A stretch of DNA of 64,000 bases from the NCBI GenBank assembly GCA_000934665.2, contig JYFJ02001515.1, forward strand, positions 1 through 64,000, written 5' to 3'. This DNA is from Catajapyx aquilonaris (Eukaryota). This document shows, one piece after another, positions 37,301-50,700 of the stretch. Both the position numbers and the translations under genes were made by a program. How positions within the stretch are numbered: position 1 is the stretch's first letter; each line of letters starts with the position of its first letter. The notes under the pieces are model-generated. The model made no database searches. It worked only from the letters and a program-made list of their open reading frames with translations, and was not told where the DNA came from.

Positions 37301-40300
37301 AGTTCAGTTTACTGCGAAGTCCAGATTAGCTTTCATTTTTAACTCGTTTTTTTCGACAGGCTGTTAGATAAAAAATGAGGGCTAAGAGGAGGGGTTTTGT
37401 TTAAAAATTTACGACAAAAGTGCGTGTTGTTGACTCTCACGGTCTGGTGTCTCCCGGATTTAACAATTAATTTTTCATGACCAAAAAAAAATGCGTTTTC
37501 ACTTTATATAAGCCTGGGCTTTGATGAAAAGTGGGAAGGATAGTGGGCGTGCCTCCTTTTTTTATTTTACTACACACAGTAATGGAGTAGTCAGTAAATG
37601 CATATTTATGGTCATTAGTCGTGCCTTGAGAAATAATTTTCCCTTGGAAGTTTTTGAGCCACTGTCCGCGCATGTTATTCTGCAACTCCCAGGTCCATTT
37701 GAAGAATATTAATCGTCTCTGTCTGGCCAAATTGGATGCTGCAGCCGGGATGATTTGTTGTTTTCGAGGTTTTCTCTTTTCCCATAGGGGTTTTTTTTTC
37801 TTCTTCTTCTTCCAGAGGGACTTTTGAGTTTAGTTTCGCATAACGAGTAGAAAGCATCAGGGTCCGTTTACTTTTCGCCGCATCCGATATTCACTTGGAA
37901 AATAGCAGACTCCGACTTTGCCGCTAAAATCCTCGATTCCGTGACTAATGCGGAACGAACCGAGTTCTCTTGTACAATTCCGGGTCCTCTCTCTCCCTGG
38001 ATTCCTCCTCCCACAACCCGGATAATTAGTCTGTCAGCAGCGACTATTGAAATGCCTCATTTACTCTGGAAAGAGGAGGTAATCTCGCTTTTCGGGGGAT
38101 GGGGCTTGGTTTAAAAAAAAAAAAAAAAATGTGCTGGATCAGGACGTTGGGGACAGCTTTATTAGTATGAATGCTGATGTGGAACAATTGGGTATTCACT
38201 ACCAGCCACGGAGATTCCCCCTTGGGTCAGTGGTGAATGAAAAAAATAAAAAAGGGGGTTTGGGGGGGAGGGGGGGGGAGGTACTTTTTTTTATTTGGTC
38301 ATGTTGTGTTTGCACAAATCGTTTTTTTCGTGTGCCAACAGGGGAATCGTTACGTTTGTTGTGTTGTCAGGGATGCACTGTACTGTACTGGAATCGCATG
38401 ATGATCAACCCCCCCGAATTTTATATGAAAGAGCAGAGCAGAAATTGCGTGTTGTGCGTCCCTCAAATTTTTGCAGCTAAACATAATGCGGCTGTGTTTT
38501 CAACCGTGTCGCCCATACAAATATGCGAAGTAATATTTTTGTTGCAATTTCCGTCCTATACTCTTTGCATACAAATATACATCCAGGTAGCCTACATACA
38601 CACTATATAGAAGTCAAATAATTGTTCAATTGATAACTTTGCTGTGTTGTCGAATAATACCTCGGATAAAGGGTTAACTTTTTGTGTGTGTAAGTATTGA
38701 TCTCTATTTAGACAACAGTTGCCTTGAATTCAATAACTTATAAACATGGCATGCTGCAGAAATCCATTTATGATCGATATATTGTACAGTGAAGTGAAGG
38801 GAAATGAGCTCTCCTTTTATATGAAAATTGCACCTATAATTTGGTCCACATCTGACGTCAACGTCGCCTCTTTTTGTCATGTATACATCAGACGAGTTCG
38901 AAACGTGGCATGTTTCGTGCCAAATGAAGGATCAGGAGTCTCCCTCGCAGCATCCAAACCCGCCTATCAGTTTGCTTGTGTATATGAAAAACACATGTCA
39001 GATTTATACGGCGCAGAAGTCACGTCACATGACTCTTTTGGAGCTGTCAGAGGAAATCCAACCCCCTCCGCCTCTCTGCTTTCGATCAGACCATACCTGT
39101 CGGTTTTGTTTCGTTTTATATGCAACCCCAACTGTATATATCCGCGAGAGACCAGGATACTCGTCGTACACACACACACACACACACACACAAAGAAATA
39201 GTACGGCCAGATAAAGTGCTGGGGACAAGTTGGATAACAGAGTTTGCTGGGAAGTGCATCCGACTTTCTGTTCGCTTTTTTATATATATATTCGCGAGAG
39301 GACATCTAGCCAACACACAACAAAGTGAGTGATTGTCGTACAGTGAATTTGGTTTTTTGCGTGTGAATAGGGTCCGGGGGTCATAATGTGTGCAGTTAGG
39401 CTTTCATTTGATGGAGAGTTTATATACCGCTCTTTTTATATAGTGTAAGTGCAGTTAGACTTTTTGAGTGTTGGTGCTGCGAATTCACTGGAGTTGGCAT
39501 ATGTAAAGGTTCGAAAGCCTGCAGCGGGAATTAGGCCTACAGTGTGCAGAAATTCATTTATGCACAGTTTCCCCCGCTCCCCCGTGTGCAAATATGGCGT
39601 GTTCAGTTTAGCTGCTGGGAGAGACGTGACGATTTTTTAACATCCGGATGTGGTTGATTCAATAAGAGTTAGGTTCAAAATTTGGGTGCTCGCTTTACAT
39701 CTGTAGGCTTTGGGTGTATGACATAAACCTAATCGAGTTGCGACAGTGTTGTGCGAATTTACATTACTAAACTGTACAGGCTGCGACTGAATACATGATG
39801 AGACGTGCAGGAGGGGTGATTCGATAAATCGTGCTGGCGTACATTATAATAATTAACAGTAGTTTCTGCAAACGTTGTGCCACGTATTCGGGTTACAATA
39901 TGTGATTGTGCTTGCCAACACCTGCTCCTTCACTCAATGCCTCTTTCATATGGAAATGTGGCGATGTATTTTTTTTGTGCAGCTTGCTTTCTGCAAGCCT
40001 TCTGCATTCGCCTTTGAGAATATAGGGCTGTGCACACCATTCTGAGTTTATAGGTAAGTGTGACTAATTTTTGTGAAGTGCATACTCGTTTCCACTGTTC
40101 CTTTCGAGTGCAAATTTTTCTGACTTTTTACTCAAATAGCCAATATATTATTCAAGTACTGTTTTCGTCGGGGTGAGGAAGCATTTCTGTCGACTGGAAA
40201 TTGTGATATACTTCTTATGTTCAGATGGATCACCCCCTTTGCACAAATTTGCAAAAAAAGACGCCCTGAATCTGTTATGCATTCGCACATTTCCATGTTC

Positions 40301-43300
40301 CTTTTCTTACTCGACAGTACTGCATTTCAAAGTGGGGGGGAAAAAAGCAGTATATTGACTATAAAATAGCAGGACTCAATATCCTGTTCGCATTGAATTT
40401 CACTTAAGCAATGCGAAACTAGGTAAAAAAAAAGTGTTTCGCCACTTCGTACGCTCGTATAATAACATTTTGCACAAAGCTCTGGCTGTTCTTTTGATAT
40501 ACAGTACACGTCGACCTGACCTTTTTGCACACATCCGTTTTAACTTATTTTCGTGGCCGCATGTGGCTAGAAGCGACCTCAAAAAGATCGGATTTGAACT
40601 CCCAGCTCTACTGATTAGAGCGACCCTGACACGTAGCCACGCCATTGGCTGCAGATTAGGAAGTAATCTAATTACGATTCTTCTTTTATCACCCAGACAC
40701 AACCCCCTAGCCTTAGTAGTAGCAGTGGGAGAAATAATATATATTTTTGTAGCTTTACTGCAAGGCTGCAAACTTGAGCAGATGGCCATTCGTTCTCCAT
40801 GAAATATCGGCCAATTTCGAGTCGAAAATTCGCGAGGGAACAACCAGGCATACGCAACCATAACTTATTCTATTCCCAATGCATGCTTCTATAGACTTTT
40901 TCCCCCGAAAAAGTACTGGGCCCAGAGTATTATAGCCACAAGAGTTGAGGGTCTCTCAGCAGACGCTTTTCACCTCAGGAATTTCCGAACCCTGAGGCTT
41001 AGTTTCCCCAACCGAATAGGATCACCATTTTTTTTCTGTGTGTGTGGCTTTTTGTCTATCGCGAGCTCCTCTGGTTGGTTTTTTTGGGGGGGCCATACCC
41101 CTGCAAAGAATGCCCGGATTGCTATTGGCAGCACGTAAAAGCTTTTGTTTAGCCGTTTGGCAGCTGGAGCACCATTGTTTACCGGGCTGCCCCTCGCCAG
41201 TAACAGGCTGCTAATAGAAAAGAGTGTAAGTGTTGGGTTAAATGGATTGTTTTTTTTCCCTCTCACTGTGTGTGTCCAGCTGAAAGTGCGACAGTGGCCT
41301 TAGGGACAGTCATCATCTTTCATGGGCTGGTATTTCACTTGGCACGTACTTGGTACTGTGACAACCAGAGGTCGCGGGATGCAGACAAAATTTTTTTTGG
41401 GACGTAATCACTCGGAAGACGGGTTCAAAGTTTGACGAGGTTTCGATCGGAAAGTTGAAAAGTGGCGGAAGTTAATCACCTTCCCGTCTCCCCCTCAATA
41501 AAGAGGGTTCAATAAGTAACGAGGCATTTAATGGGTGAACTAGGAACGATTCTACCACTCCAATCGGTGGCTGTAATGGAATGAACAGAAAGGGGCGAGG
41601 AACTCGTGATCAATTTTGTATGGCGTATAGAGAGAGAGACCAAGTGGCGCTGACCTGCACTCGAAAGTCAAGTTGTGACCTTTAAGTGCACCCATAAATT
41701 GTTTGGGGGTCCATGAATTAAATAGTGGAGCTGCTGCTTTGGGGAGGAGGAAGCCTCCATCAACAGGACTTGCTTTAAGTGTATTGTGTGTGTGTATGGT
41801 GGAAGTTACACCCAGCAACCGGTTGCTAGGGGTAAACAATCCATAACTTTCCGCAGTCTTGAACACTGCTGATGTTGGCGCAATTGTTCGTGAAAATCCT
41901 TGGAATTTGCAAACATGTGTAAACAGGCAGGCCCGATTTGATAGTGAATAGGATGTGGCTTATTGTTTAGGCAAACAAGAAGTTGGCGCCTGGTTAATTT
42001 GCAACATCTAGAATTTATGGGAATCCGATGGTGCGAGTTTCCTCAGCCGTACTTTTTCCTTATTACTGTACTCACATGTTTGAAGCGTGATAGTTTTGCA
42101 CTGAAGTACTTGTAACACGGATTGATCGAGGACGAGTTTGCCCGTTACAGCTATTACACGATTGTGGTTTTGATTATAAACGAATTACTGAAAATTACCA
42201 CTGTTTTGTGTGTTATTACTGTAATATAAACCAGTGATTGCCATGTGGAGTTTGCACGAATATTCCCACACCCATGTTAAGTTTTTGAGATTCCTTTTTC
42301 GAGCTTCAACTCGCAAAAGTGATCCTGCAATGTTGCAATTACTCGCAACATTTCCACTGGTATTTTACACGGAAAATTCTCAGGTTATTGCCTCTTTTTT
42401 TTAACAACCGGAAAAGACCTCTTCAGCAGCCAAGTTACACAGTACAGAGAGCACTCGAAGCTGTCAAGATGGATTATAGATGTAGAAGAGATGAAAAAAA
42501 AATTTGCACACTATTTACAGACGTCCTGAATTTTTTTAAAAAAATTGCCCTCGGAGATCTAATGAAGTGGTACTGTATATGCAACGTCCTTGATTATATT
42601 CTTGGGAAAGAGAAAATAAACAAATGAGCTTGAATGAGACTTGCGTGGGTGGCGATTAGGTTTCTCAAGTCTTTTACAGGCAATATTAATACAGTAGTTG
42701 CATTTTTAACAGTTATGTAGAGCAAGTGATAATTTTATCGGTACAGTGCCCTTCGTGAAGGGGAAAAAAAGCTCTCAAGTATGAAGCGAAAACGCCCTAA
42801 CCGGAAAATAAGTCACGTAATATTATTGTCATTATGGTCACACTTAATGTACTATGCTTTGGCGCAATTTAAAAGCCTTGAATTTCAAGCCCGTTACCAG
42901 TAGTTGCAGGATTATTATTATTGCCCATTTATGACTATACTTTTCCCCCCATTAAATGGTCACAAGTGAGAACGAAATAGCAGCCATTAAAGAAAAAGGC
43001 TACTGGTGAAATTGTCCATTGCTTATTTTGTCAATGTTCAATTTATATGCCAACGAATTTACAGGACACAATTAAAGAAAATGGTGTCGATTCGTCACCA
43101 GCGGGGTTGACATTTTCGCTCGAATGCTCAAAAAATGTTTGGGTAATTTCCACCCCTCCCCCCTCCCCCCCTTGCATTAATATGAACACTCCAGCAGTAA
43201 ATGACACCCGGTAAAATTAATTGCATTTCCGTACGCACGCGTAATTGCGATTGCGTGTAACCACCTGTGATAACTACGAGATTACATATGATTACATGTT

Positions 43301-44610
43301 TGATTACTGTAGCTTCCAGGCAGTGATTAACCCCCTCCAGGGTCCGGTCCTTTGCCCCTCCCCACTCCGGATAAATTTACATCCTGCTGGAATATTGGAA
43401 TTTCGTCCAGAAAATCCTTCCCAACATTCCCCCCTGAAGGGACCGCCCCTAGAGAAGTCAGAAGCTCCATGTGAAGTTGGGGTAATTTCGCAGTGTCCAT
43501 CGACGCGGAAAATTCCAGCATAATGCCCATACGTTTGGAGAGTTTCAATAGGACTTGTGGCTACCGCAAAAGCAATCCCCAGAAAGTCCATCACTACGAG
43601 AGCTGGAGGATCTGGACCGGAACATTTATTTTATTTTCCGGGAGCAAAGGATTGTGTCTGGCTGCTGCACACACACGGCATAATACGCAAACTGCGTGTT
43701 GATAAGTTCTTTTTTTTTTAAAGCCACGCACCGTCGCGTCTCTTATATATTAAAAGGTCATTGGCTGGGATGTTATATGATAGTTCCAGATTTGTGCTCC
43801 TCTGAAATTTTCAGGCTCCCGCCATCATAATCTGATTACACCTTGAAGCCTTTCCGAGCCCCTGCCCAATTAATATAACTTGGCAAATGGGGCTGACCGT
43901 ACTCCCGAATTTACTGGAGAGGTCAGGTAAAAAGAGGGTTTCCTCATTTCCATCAGAAGGAAACGGATTACTCTGGAAGGCTCTTGGGGCAGTCGTTAGT
44001 GCTCCTGGGCAGTAGTACCCCAGAGCTCATTATCTGCTCTCATTTGCACTAGTCCGGGGGCTCAATTAAGGCTTGTTAAGTGCGTCCAGTGCGAGAAAAA
44101 AAAAGCATTCCTGAGGGGTCTATGCCACCGAGCTGCTGCTTTTAGCTTTCGGATCTAGCTCCATTTTATTTATTTAGTTATCAACGTGTTGTACTGCTTC
44201 CATGGATTGGATTATCCCCCCTCTGGAAGCTGCATGATGGGAGGGGTTGTTAGGAATCCAATTTTATAGCCGGTCCGTGACTATTGTGGGCGCCACCACC
44301 AACATAGATGGAATGCTTTTAGAATAATGAAGCTCAAGCTGGCTGCACCCATTTTTTGGGGGGTTTGCAAAAAAAAATTTCAGACATGTCCCCTAGGATG
44401 AAGCTGTGTGCGTGTGATAAGTCTCGGCACGTATTCCGGCGACATCTGCTTCAACTCGCATAATCCGGTCCTTCTCGGGCTTCCGGACACATTCTGAAAT
44501 TCATTAGGGAGGAACCAGGCTGAGAAGAGCGTCAAAGCGTTATGTCAGGTGCTGGAGGCTCCAGATTATCTTAAAAGGTGGCTGGTGTTGACAATTTCCC
44601 TGGGCCAACT

Positions 44611-44800
44611 TTAGTTAACCCGTTGCCAAAATATCAGTATATGAGAGTGACAATCCCGCAGATTTACCACGTAATGATATTCTTCACGCATAGATGGCGC
44701 TGCCTTGCCCCCTGCACACTCCTGCCACCCTCAGATCGTGCGGGAGATAGTGGTACTATCATGTCGGACAAACATCCGGAAAAAAAATCTGAAAAATCTC
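44611..44800 (+). repeat. Copy 1 of a diverged ~200-bp direct repeat
   Basis: Colinear shared blocks with 46553-46735: AACCCGTTG, AGTGACAATC, CGCAGATTTACCAC, ATTCTTCACG, TAGATGGCGC, TCCTGCCAC, TCGTGCG, GAGATAG, GGTACTA, GTCGGACAAACATC. Confidence 0.8.
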
Positions 44801-46552
44801 ACTAATTGGTCAAACAGACAGAAATGTACCGTATAACTGTTTCTTTCGACACACTTGTATCGGTAAACATGTCCGCTATTCCAAGGGCGTGTGTATTTAA
44901 GGAGAGCCAACGAAAACATGTGAAGGTGATTCTATACCAATTGTTGACCATTTCGCAGTCTTACTAACAAACGCTGAGTAGATAAGTACAGTGTGTGTCA
45001 CACGGAAGGTACGTAATAGCACATATTTGTCGTCTAATTCCTTGCATTGTGAAAGACACATTTTTTTTTTGCACATTACGTACAGGGTGTTCGTAGGCAG
45101 CTTGCACCACTTTATTTGTGAATTGAGCAACCCACCCACAGGTGTAGACGCCGGCGACGCTGGTGACGCTGCTGGCAAAGCTTAGGAGGAGTCAAATGGG
45201 GCGTGAAGACATTCCGTGCGGAAATTTGTATCGATTGTTGGACCCTGGGAGGTGCCAAGGCACACACGGGCCGGAGATTTCGGATAGGGGGGAAGGGGGG
45301 GCCAAAACCCAAAAATGCCCCCTCCTTTTTTTTGTAGTTGAGAGGGGCCAGAAAATGCGCATAGTTTGGCGGCGGATAATGGATTTATGACCGTGTGATT
45401 TACCCAGTATCGAGTGAACATGTCACGCGTATAATAATTATCCGGCCAGGCGCATTTTTTTTTTCACCGGAGGTTTTCCGATATGTCCGCAATTCGCGCC
45501 CGAATTGCTGCCTATAATTGGACATGTAATTAGAGACGGATCAGCCAAATTAAATCAGTGGCCATCGGTTTATTAACGTTTTACCAGGGGTATGTACATT
45601 TTTTTCCCCAATGTGGCGTCAGGTATGGTTGAAATAGGAGGTTTTCGTGATTGACTGCATAATACGGGCTTGTTATTTATCCGGATCATAACTAGAGGTT
45701 TCATGTGCTTGACAATTCTCAAGTTGACAGAACTTCTTTGAATTTTTTTTGGCTTGTGATAATTAGTCGCTGATGGGCTAATTGGCAAAGTTGGGTTAAT
45801 GTAGGTTTGTGAAGTTCTCATGATTCGACATGGAGCTTTGGAAGAAAATAAACTTGCATAGTTCAAGGCTGATCACTTGAAATACCGGTAGCGTGGTACG
45901 GTCTCTCTCTGGCTTTTTTTATACAGAGGTTTATTGCTCCCTAATGAGCTGTTTGTTGTTTTAATGTTTACACGGTCGATGAGAAGCTGCTTTTGACTCC
46001 CCGAATTTTGACGTTCAAAGAAGGTGCAGCGACCCGTTTTTTTTTTTTTTTTCAAATTTCAAGAGTATCATTTTTAAAGGAGTACAATAACCGAAGCGGA
46101 AATTGGAGACACGTTAATTAAAAATTAAATTGTGAATCTCTGCTTATTATTCGAGAGTTTGGTAATAATAACAAAGTTGAGCCCATCAGATGCTTATCGG
46201 CATTATGACCCGGGCATATCGTGCTTATTATCACTTTTCGCCATCGCCTTTTTTTTACAAAATTAGCCTGGGCGATGTAATGTGTCTTGCACGTTCATTA
46301 CTCGGCAGCCTGGGCGAGATATGTGCTGGCCTGGTAATTGCAGCTTATCCTAGGGCTTGTTACGTAACCCAAAATGCGGCTGGCTGGGTTGTATAGCTCG
46401 CAGGGGACACACTTTCACCAACGAGAAAAAGAAGTCTCACCGCCTCAAGCAGACTTTCTAGCTACTGGAGAAAGTGTACAGGATGAGTCAGTGAGTCTCT
46501 CCATAACGGGGATTAGACGACAGTATTTTTCTTAATGGGAATAGCTCATGTA

Positions 46553-46735
46553 ACTAGTGAACCCGTTGACAAAATTTGGCCAAAATTAGTATGACAGTGA
46601 CAATCAAACGCAGATTTACCACTTAGTACAATTCTTCACGTGTAGATGGCGCACCCTGTCTGTACATTCCTGCCACTCAGTTCGTGCGAGAGATAGCGGT
46701 ACTAACAGGTCGGACAAACATCTGACGGAGAGAAT
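46553..46735 (+). repeat. Copy 2 of a diverged ~200-bp direct repeat
   Basis: Same colinear blocks as 44611-44800, ~1.95 kb downstream. Confidence 0.8.
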
Positions 46736-47711
46736 AAGCCTATTAGGAGAAACATGCGGACATTTCCTATGCACTTGCACTTTTTTGTGCAGAAATTTAC
46801 CCTCGAGTACATTAATGTTTTTTGGGGGGTATTGCAATAGTCATGTTTTAAGGCAAATTGCGGTTGTTATATCGACCAACTTGTACACAGTTGCCTCGAG
46901 GGCTGCTAGATAACGCTGCGGAGTTGGTTTCTTGTCGAATTTGCAACAGAGAATTGCGCATTTCATGCCCTTTTAGGCAAGAAGGCTAATTACGTGATTG
47001 TAATAAGTGGTCCGTTCTGCAGCGGCCGGGTTGGGAGCGCGAGTTACGCGGTTATTAAGTTTTGCAAAAAAAAAAAAAAAAATGATTATTGTGGTGGAGG
47101 AGAAGAGGACAACTTCTTTTTCACGCATCGATGGGAACCATGCGGCGTGTTACTGTTGCTAAATGCCGCATTTAAATTGACGTTGCGGCGCCTCATTTGA
47201 AATTATAATAGGTATATATATTGTGGGCGCGTGAGAAGTTGCTTAGTGATTCAGACACGCAACATGCTTGGGAATAAATGTGCAGCGAACGGATTTCTAT
47301 CAGGATCTTCTGAATGGTATATAGTCGATTGGTTTGATATATAGCGTGCCAAAGTCTATATATGATTCTCCTGACGTCGATGTAGTGATTAGACGACTCT
47401 TGATAGCACTTATTAGCTGTACGTCTGCTTGTATAACTTGTGACGTCCACACTCACAGGTGCCATTGGTAACATTGAACTATAGTTACTGAGTTGGTAGC
47501 ATGTAATTAAATTGGAAATAGCAACGTCCTCAATGAGGATGTTAGTTGCAACACACACAGGTGTAAAAATAGATTTTGCAATAAACATAAGTGCAACTGA
47601 GCTCCTCGCATAGGTTATGTATTTTGTAATTGAAGTTGATTGAAAATTTGTGATTGTCTTTGCAGGGAAGGATGGTGATATAGGAGAGGGAGAAAGCATC
47701 AAGCGAGGGCC

Positions 47712-50700
47712 ATGGTGAGACGTCGGACAGCTTCCTTTGTGAAGACTGCAGCCTTCCTCTTCGGGATCACTTTCCTGTGGCTGCAGCTCAACGTCACGGA
47801 TCTTAGTGATCAAGGTGAAGGAGGAACCACCTCCAAGGTTGGAGGCTCAGGTGGGCAGGACATGTTGTCAGCCTGAAGCCTCTTTCTAGTCCGCAAAGTT
47901 TTTTTTTGGGAGGAAAAAAAACATGCCTTTTTATGTTAGTGCAGGTTTCTTTGCACTTTTTAATATTCAAAAAAGTGACATGCTAGTGGTACACTGACCT
48001 AGTTGTAGTGGGCAGTTAGCTAGTGGGAAAGTTTGTTTCTATTGTGCATGAATACATGTGCAAGTATGCAAAGGAAGTGTGACTTGCACAAGTGGGTTGC
48101 TGTGATGTCAAATTTTTTAGTGCCATCCAGTCATATAAATTATGATTGGAGGGGGGCCTGCAGTGCAGTTGCTTGTCTGCTATGAACGCGTTTGTCCCAA
48201 ATTGGCCCAGTCGCCATAACTCGTCCAAGCAACCTCCTTTCACTGAGTAGCGCATGAAAATTGGATTAGGGAGAAAGAGTCCGAATGATATTGAATAAAT
48301 GAAATCTTTTATGGTCCCGGAAAAATTGTCAAGCTGAATACAGTCTCGTTGTATAAATAGTGTACTCTCATTTGCATGCATGTGTAACGCTTGCACATAA
48401 ATCTACCTGTAAGCGAGTGTGTTATGAAAAGAGGAATAATTTATGTGTACAGAGTAGGACACTTTCATCTGGTGATAATGAATGGCTGCCATGTTGGTCC
48501 TGATTTCCCTGTAGAAGTGTGGATTCAACTCACGATGATGTGTTGGAAAGAGTTTCTTTTGTAACTGTTACCAGCTTTTTCATTAGCTGGAAAATTTGTT
48601 TACACCACCAACTTTCCATCACGAGTAGGCAAACCTTAACGTGAATTAACATAACTAGCGGGAGATGGCAGCTTAGAAAGCAATCCTATGTAAGCTGCTC
48701 TAGTGTTTATTTAAACGTTCAGTAGCATACATGTTCATGACGAAACTTAATTACTGTGTAGTCGCAGTCAACAGTAATCTGTGACCGTACAGGTCTGCAG
48801 TTTGTTGGACTTGAATGATTTATTACTGGAAGTGGCATGCATATTGTGATAGTTAATATTAGTTACAGCAATGCAATGAGTGACTTTCTAAATGTGTAAT
48901 TATGAAGCTAACAGGTGACTTTCCATATGATTTCACGGGGAGGCTTGAGTTTTTCTTATCGCTGATTTGAGCAATGCTTTCACTTTCAATTCCATCATTA
49001 CCAGGTCTAATGTACCGGAAATAATAATTGTGTAACTTTCACAAGGGTCGCAGTCGCCCTCTGAGACACTGTAATAATTATACAAAGGCCATACCATGGC
49101 TGCCAGACTTTCTAGATGATTGGGAAATAAGTAAGATTTAATTCTGCAATACTTGTCAGAAATTAGCTCCCCTGTGCAGCAGTAGCGCGGATTAAAAACG
49201 TTATTATCCCCTGGCCAATATTGACTTGCTATATCAAAGGTTGCAGCATCCTCAATAATATCAGCTCTGTCGGATGAAGCCGCTATCATTAGCAATTACG
49301 AATAATGAAGCGAGCCATATCCAAACAAACATCCATGCAAAATCCTGCTATATCAGCAATAAAGTAGTCTTAAAGGCTTAAATTATGTCAGTTCATCTGA
49401 CAAAGTATCACAAAAGCTGCTTAAAAACATCTTGTCCAGTTGAATACGGAATATTTGGTGGTGCTTTCTGATTCTCTTAATGAGGAATAATTATTTTCTT
49501 GCTGTTAGCTCCCGTTCTTTTAAATTTTCAGTTGCACTTTTTTTTCCAATTTCATGCCTTCTTAGCTGTTATGCTGTTCAGTCACGTGCAATTGGTCCTA
49601 AGACTGATGACAGCTATGAGGGGAAAATAATTGGCCCCGACGCTTGCACATTCGCAACAAGTACCCCTCTGGCAATGAAAGGCACTCAATAAGTGACGGC
49701 ACTTCAAACTTTTGAGTTATTATCTTCTTGACTAATGAGTGCCTGTAAGTGAAACTGTCAGTACGAGTATTAATCTTTCCAGCAGCTCCTTTGTGGATTA
49801 GTGTGCAGTACACATTTTCGCTTCCTTGCTGGGACTACGTAAGTTTAGGCTGCGTGCTATTTTTGCCTGGGAGTTTCTGAATGATTAGTAAGGCATAATA
49901 ACCGTATGCTGTAGCATAGTGATTGACACTCTTGTCCAACTCTTGTGACATTTGTTTGGATATTTTTACAGGAGGGGGCACCACTGGTGGTTCGAACGGT
50001 GCTGCAGCCGAGTCGGACCCACCGATCAACACGTCTGCTCTGGCTGCCCTGGCTGCTATGCATGTCCCTCGTGCCCTCCACAAGTTCCTGACAGCCCGCC
50101 CTCGCAATGCCAGTCTCCTACCAGATGACCCAACTGTGATGGATGGCGTCCCCAACCCACCTACACCTCGCCCATTGTCTATATATGAGATCCGCCAGTT
50201 AATACAACAGGCCAACGAACAACAGTCTGTTATCAACGAGGACGTGTTTGGTCCTCTGAACCACAATGAGACAGTGGTCATTGTAGTCCAAGTCCACACG
50301 AGGGTCAGTTACCTGCGGCACCTGATTGTGAGTCTGGCCCAGGCGAGAGGCATAGAGCAGACGTTGTTGGTCTTTAGTCATGACTTCTATGACGAGGAGA
50401 TAAACGAGCTCATCAGGTCCATTGACTTCTGCAAAGTCATGCAGATCTTCTACCCATACTCCATACAGACGCATCCGAATGAGTTTCCCGGGCAGGGACC
50501 CAACGACTGTCCAAGAGACATCAAGAAGGAGCAGTGAGTTTTTTTGCATTCATTAACTTCAGCCTTCAAACTAGCTTCCTGGCTTATTTTTGTAACAGGA
50601 ACAATTTTTTACGTACAGCTTAAATGTGAATATAATGAAGCCTAATATTCCACCAGTGATGCTTGGCTGTCCCTTTAATTTTAATGTCAGTTTAATGTCA

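Noticed and set aside
47193..47813. 206-aa minus-strand ORF overlapping the MGAT2 start exon
   Set aside because: Non-ATG start, no recognisable domain, antisense to a better supported exon.
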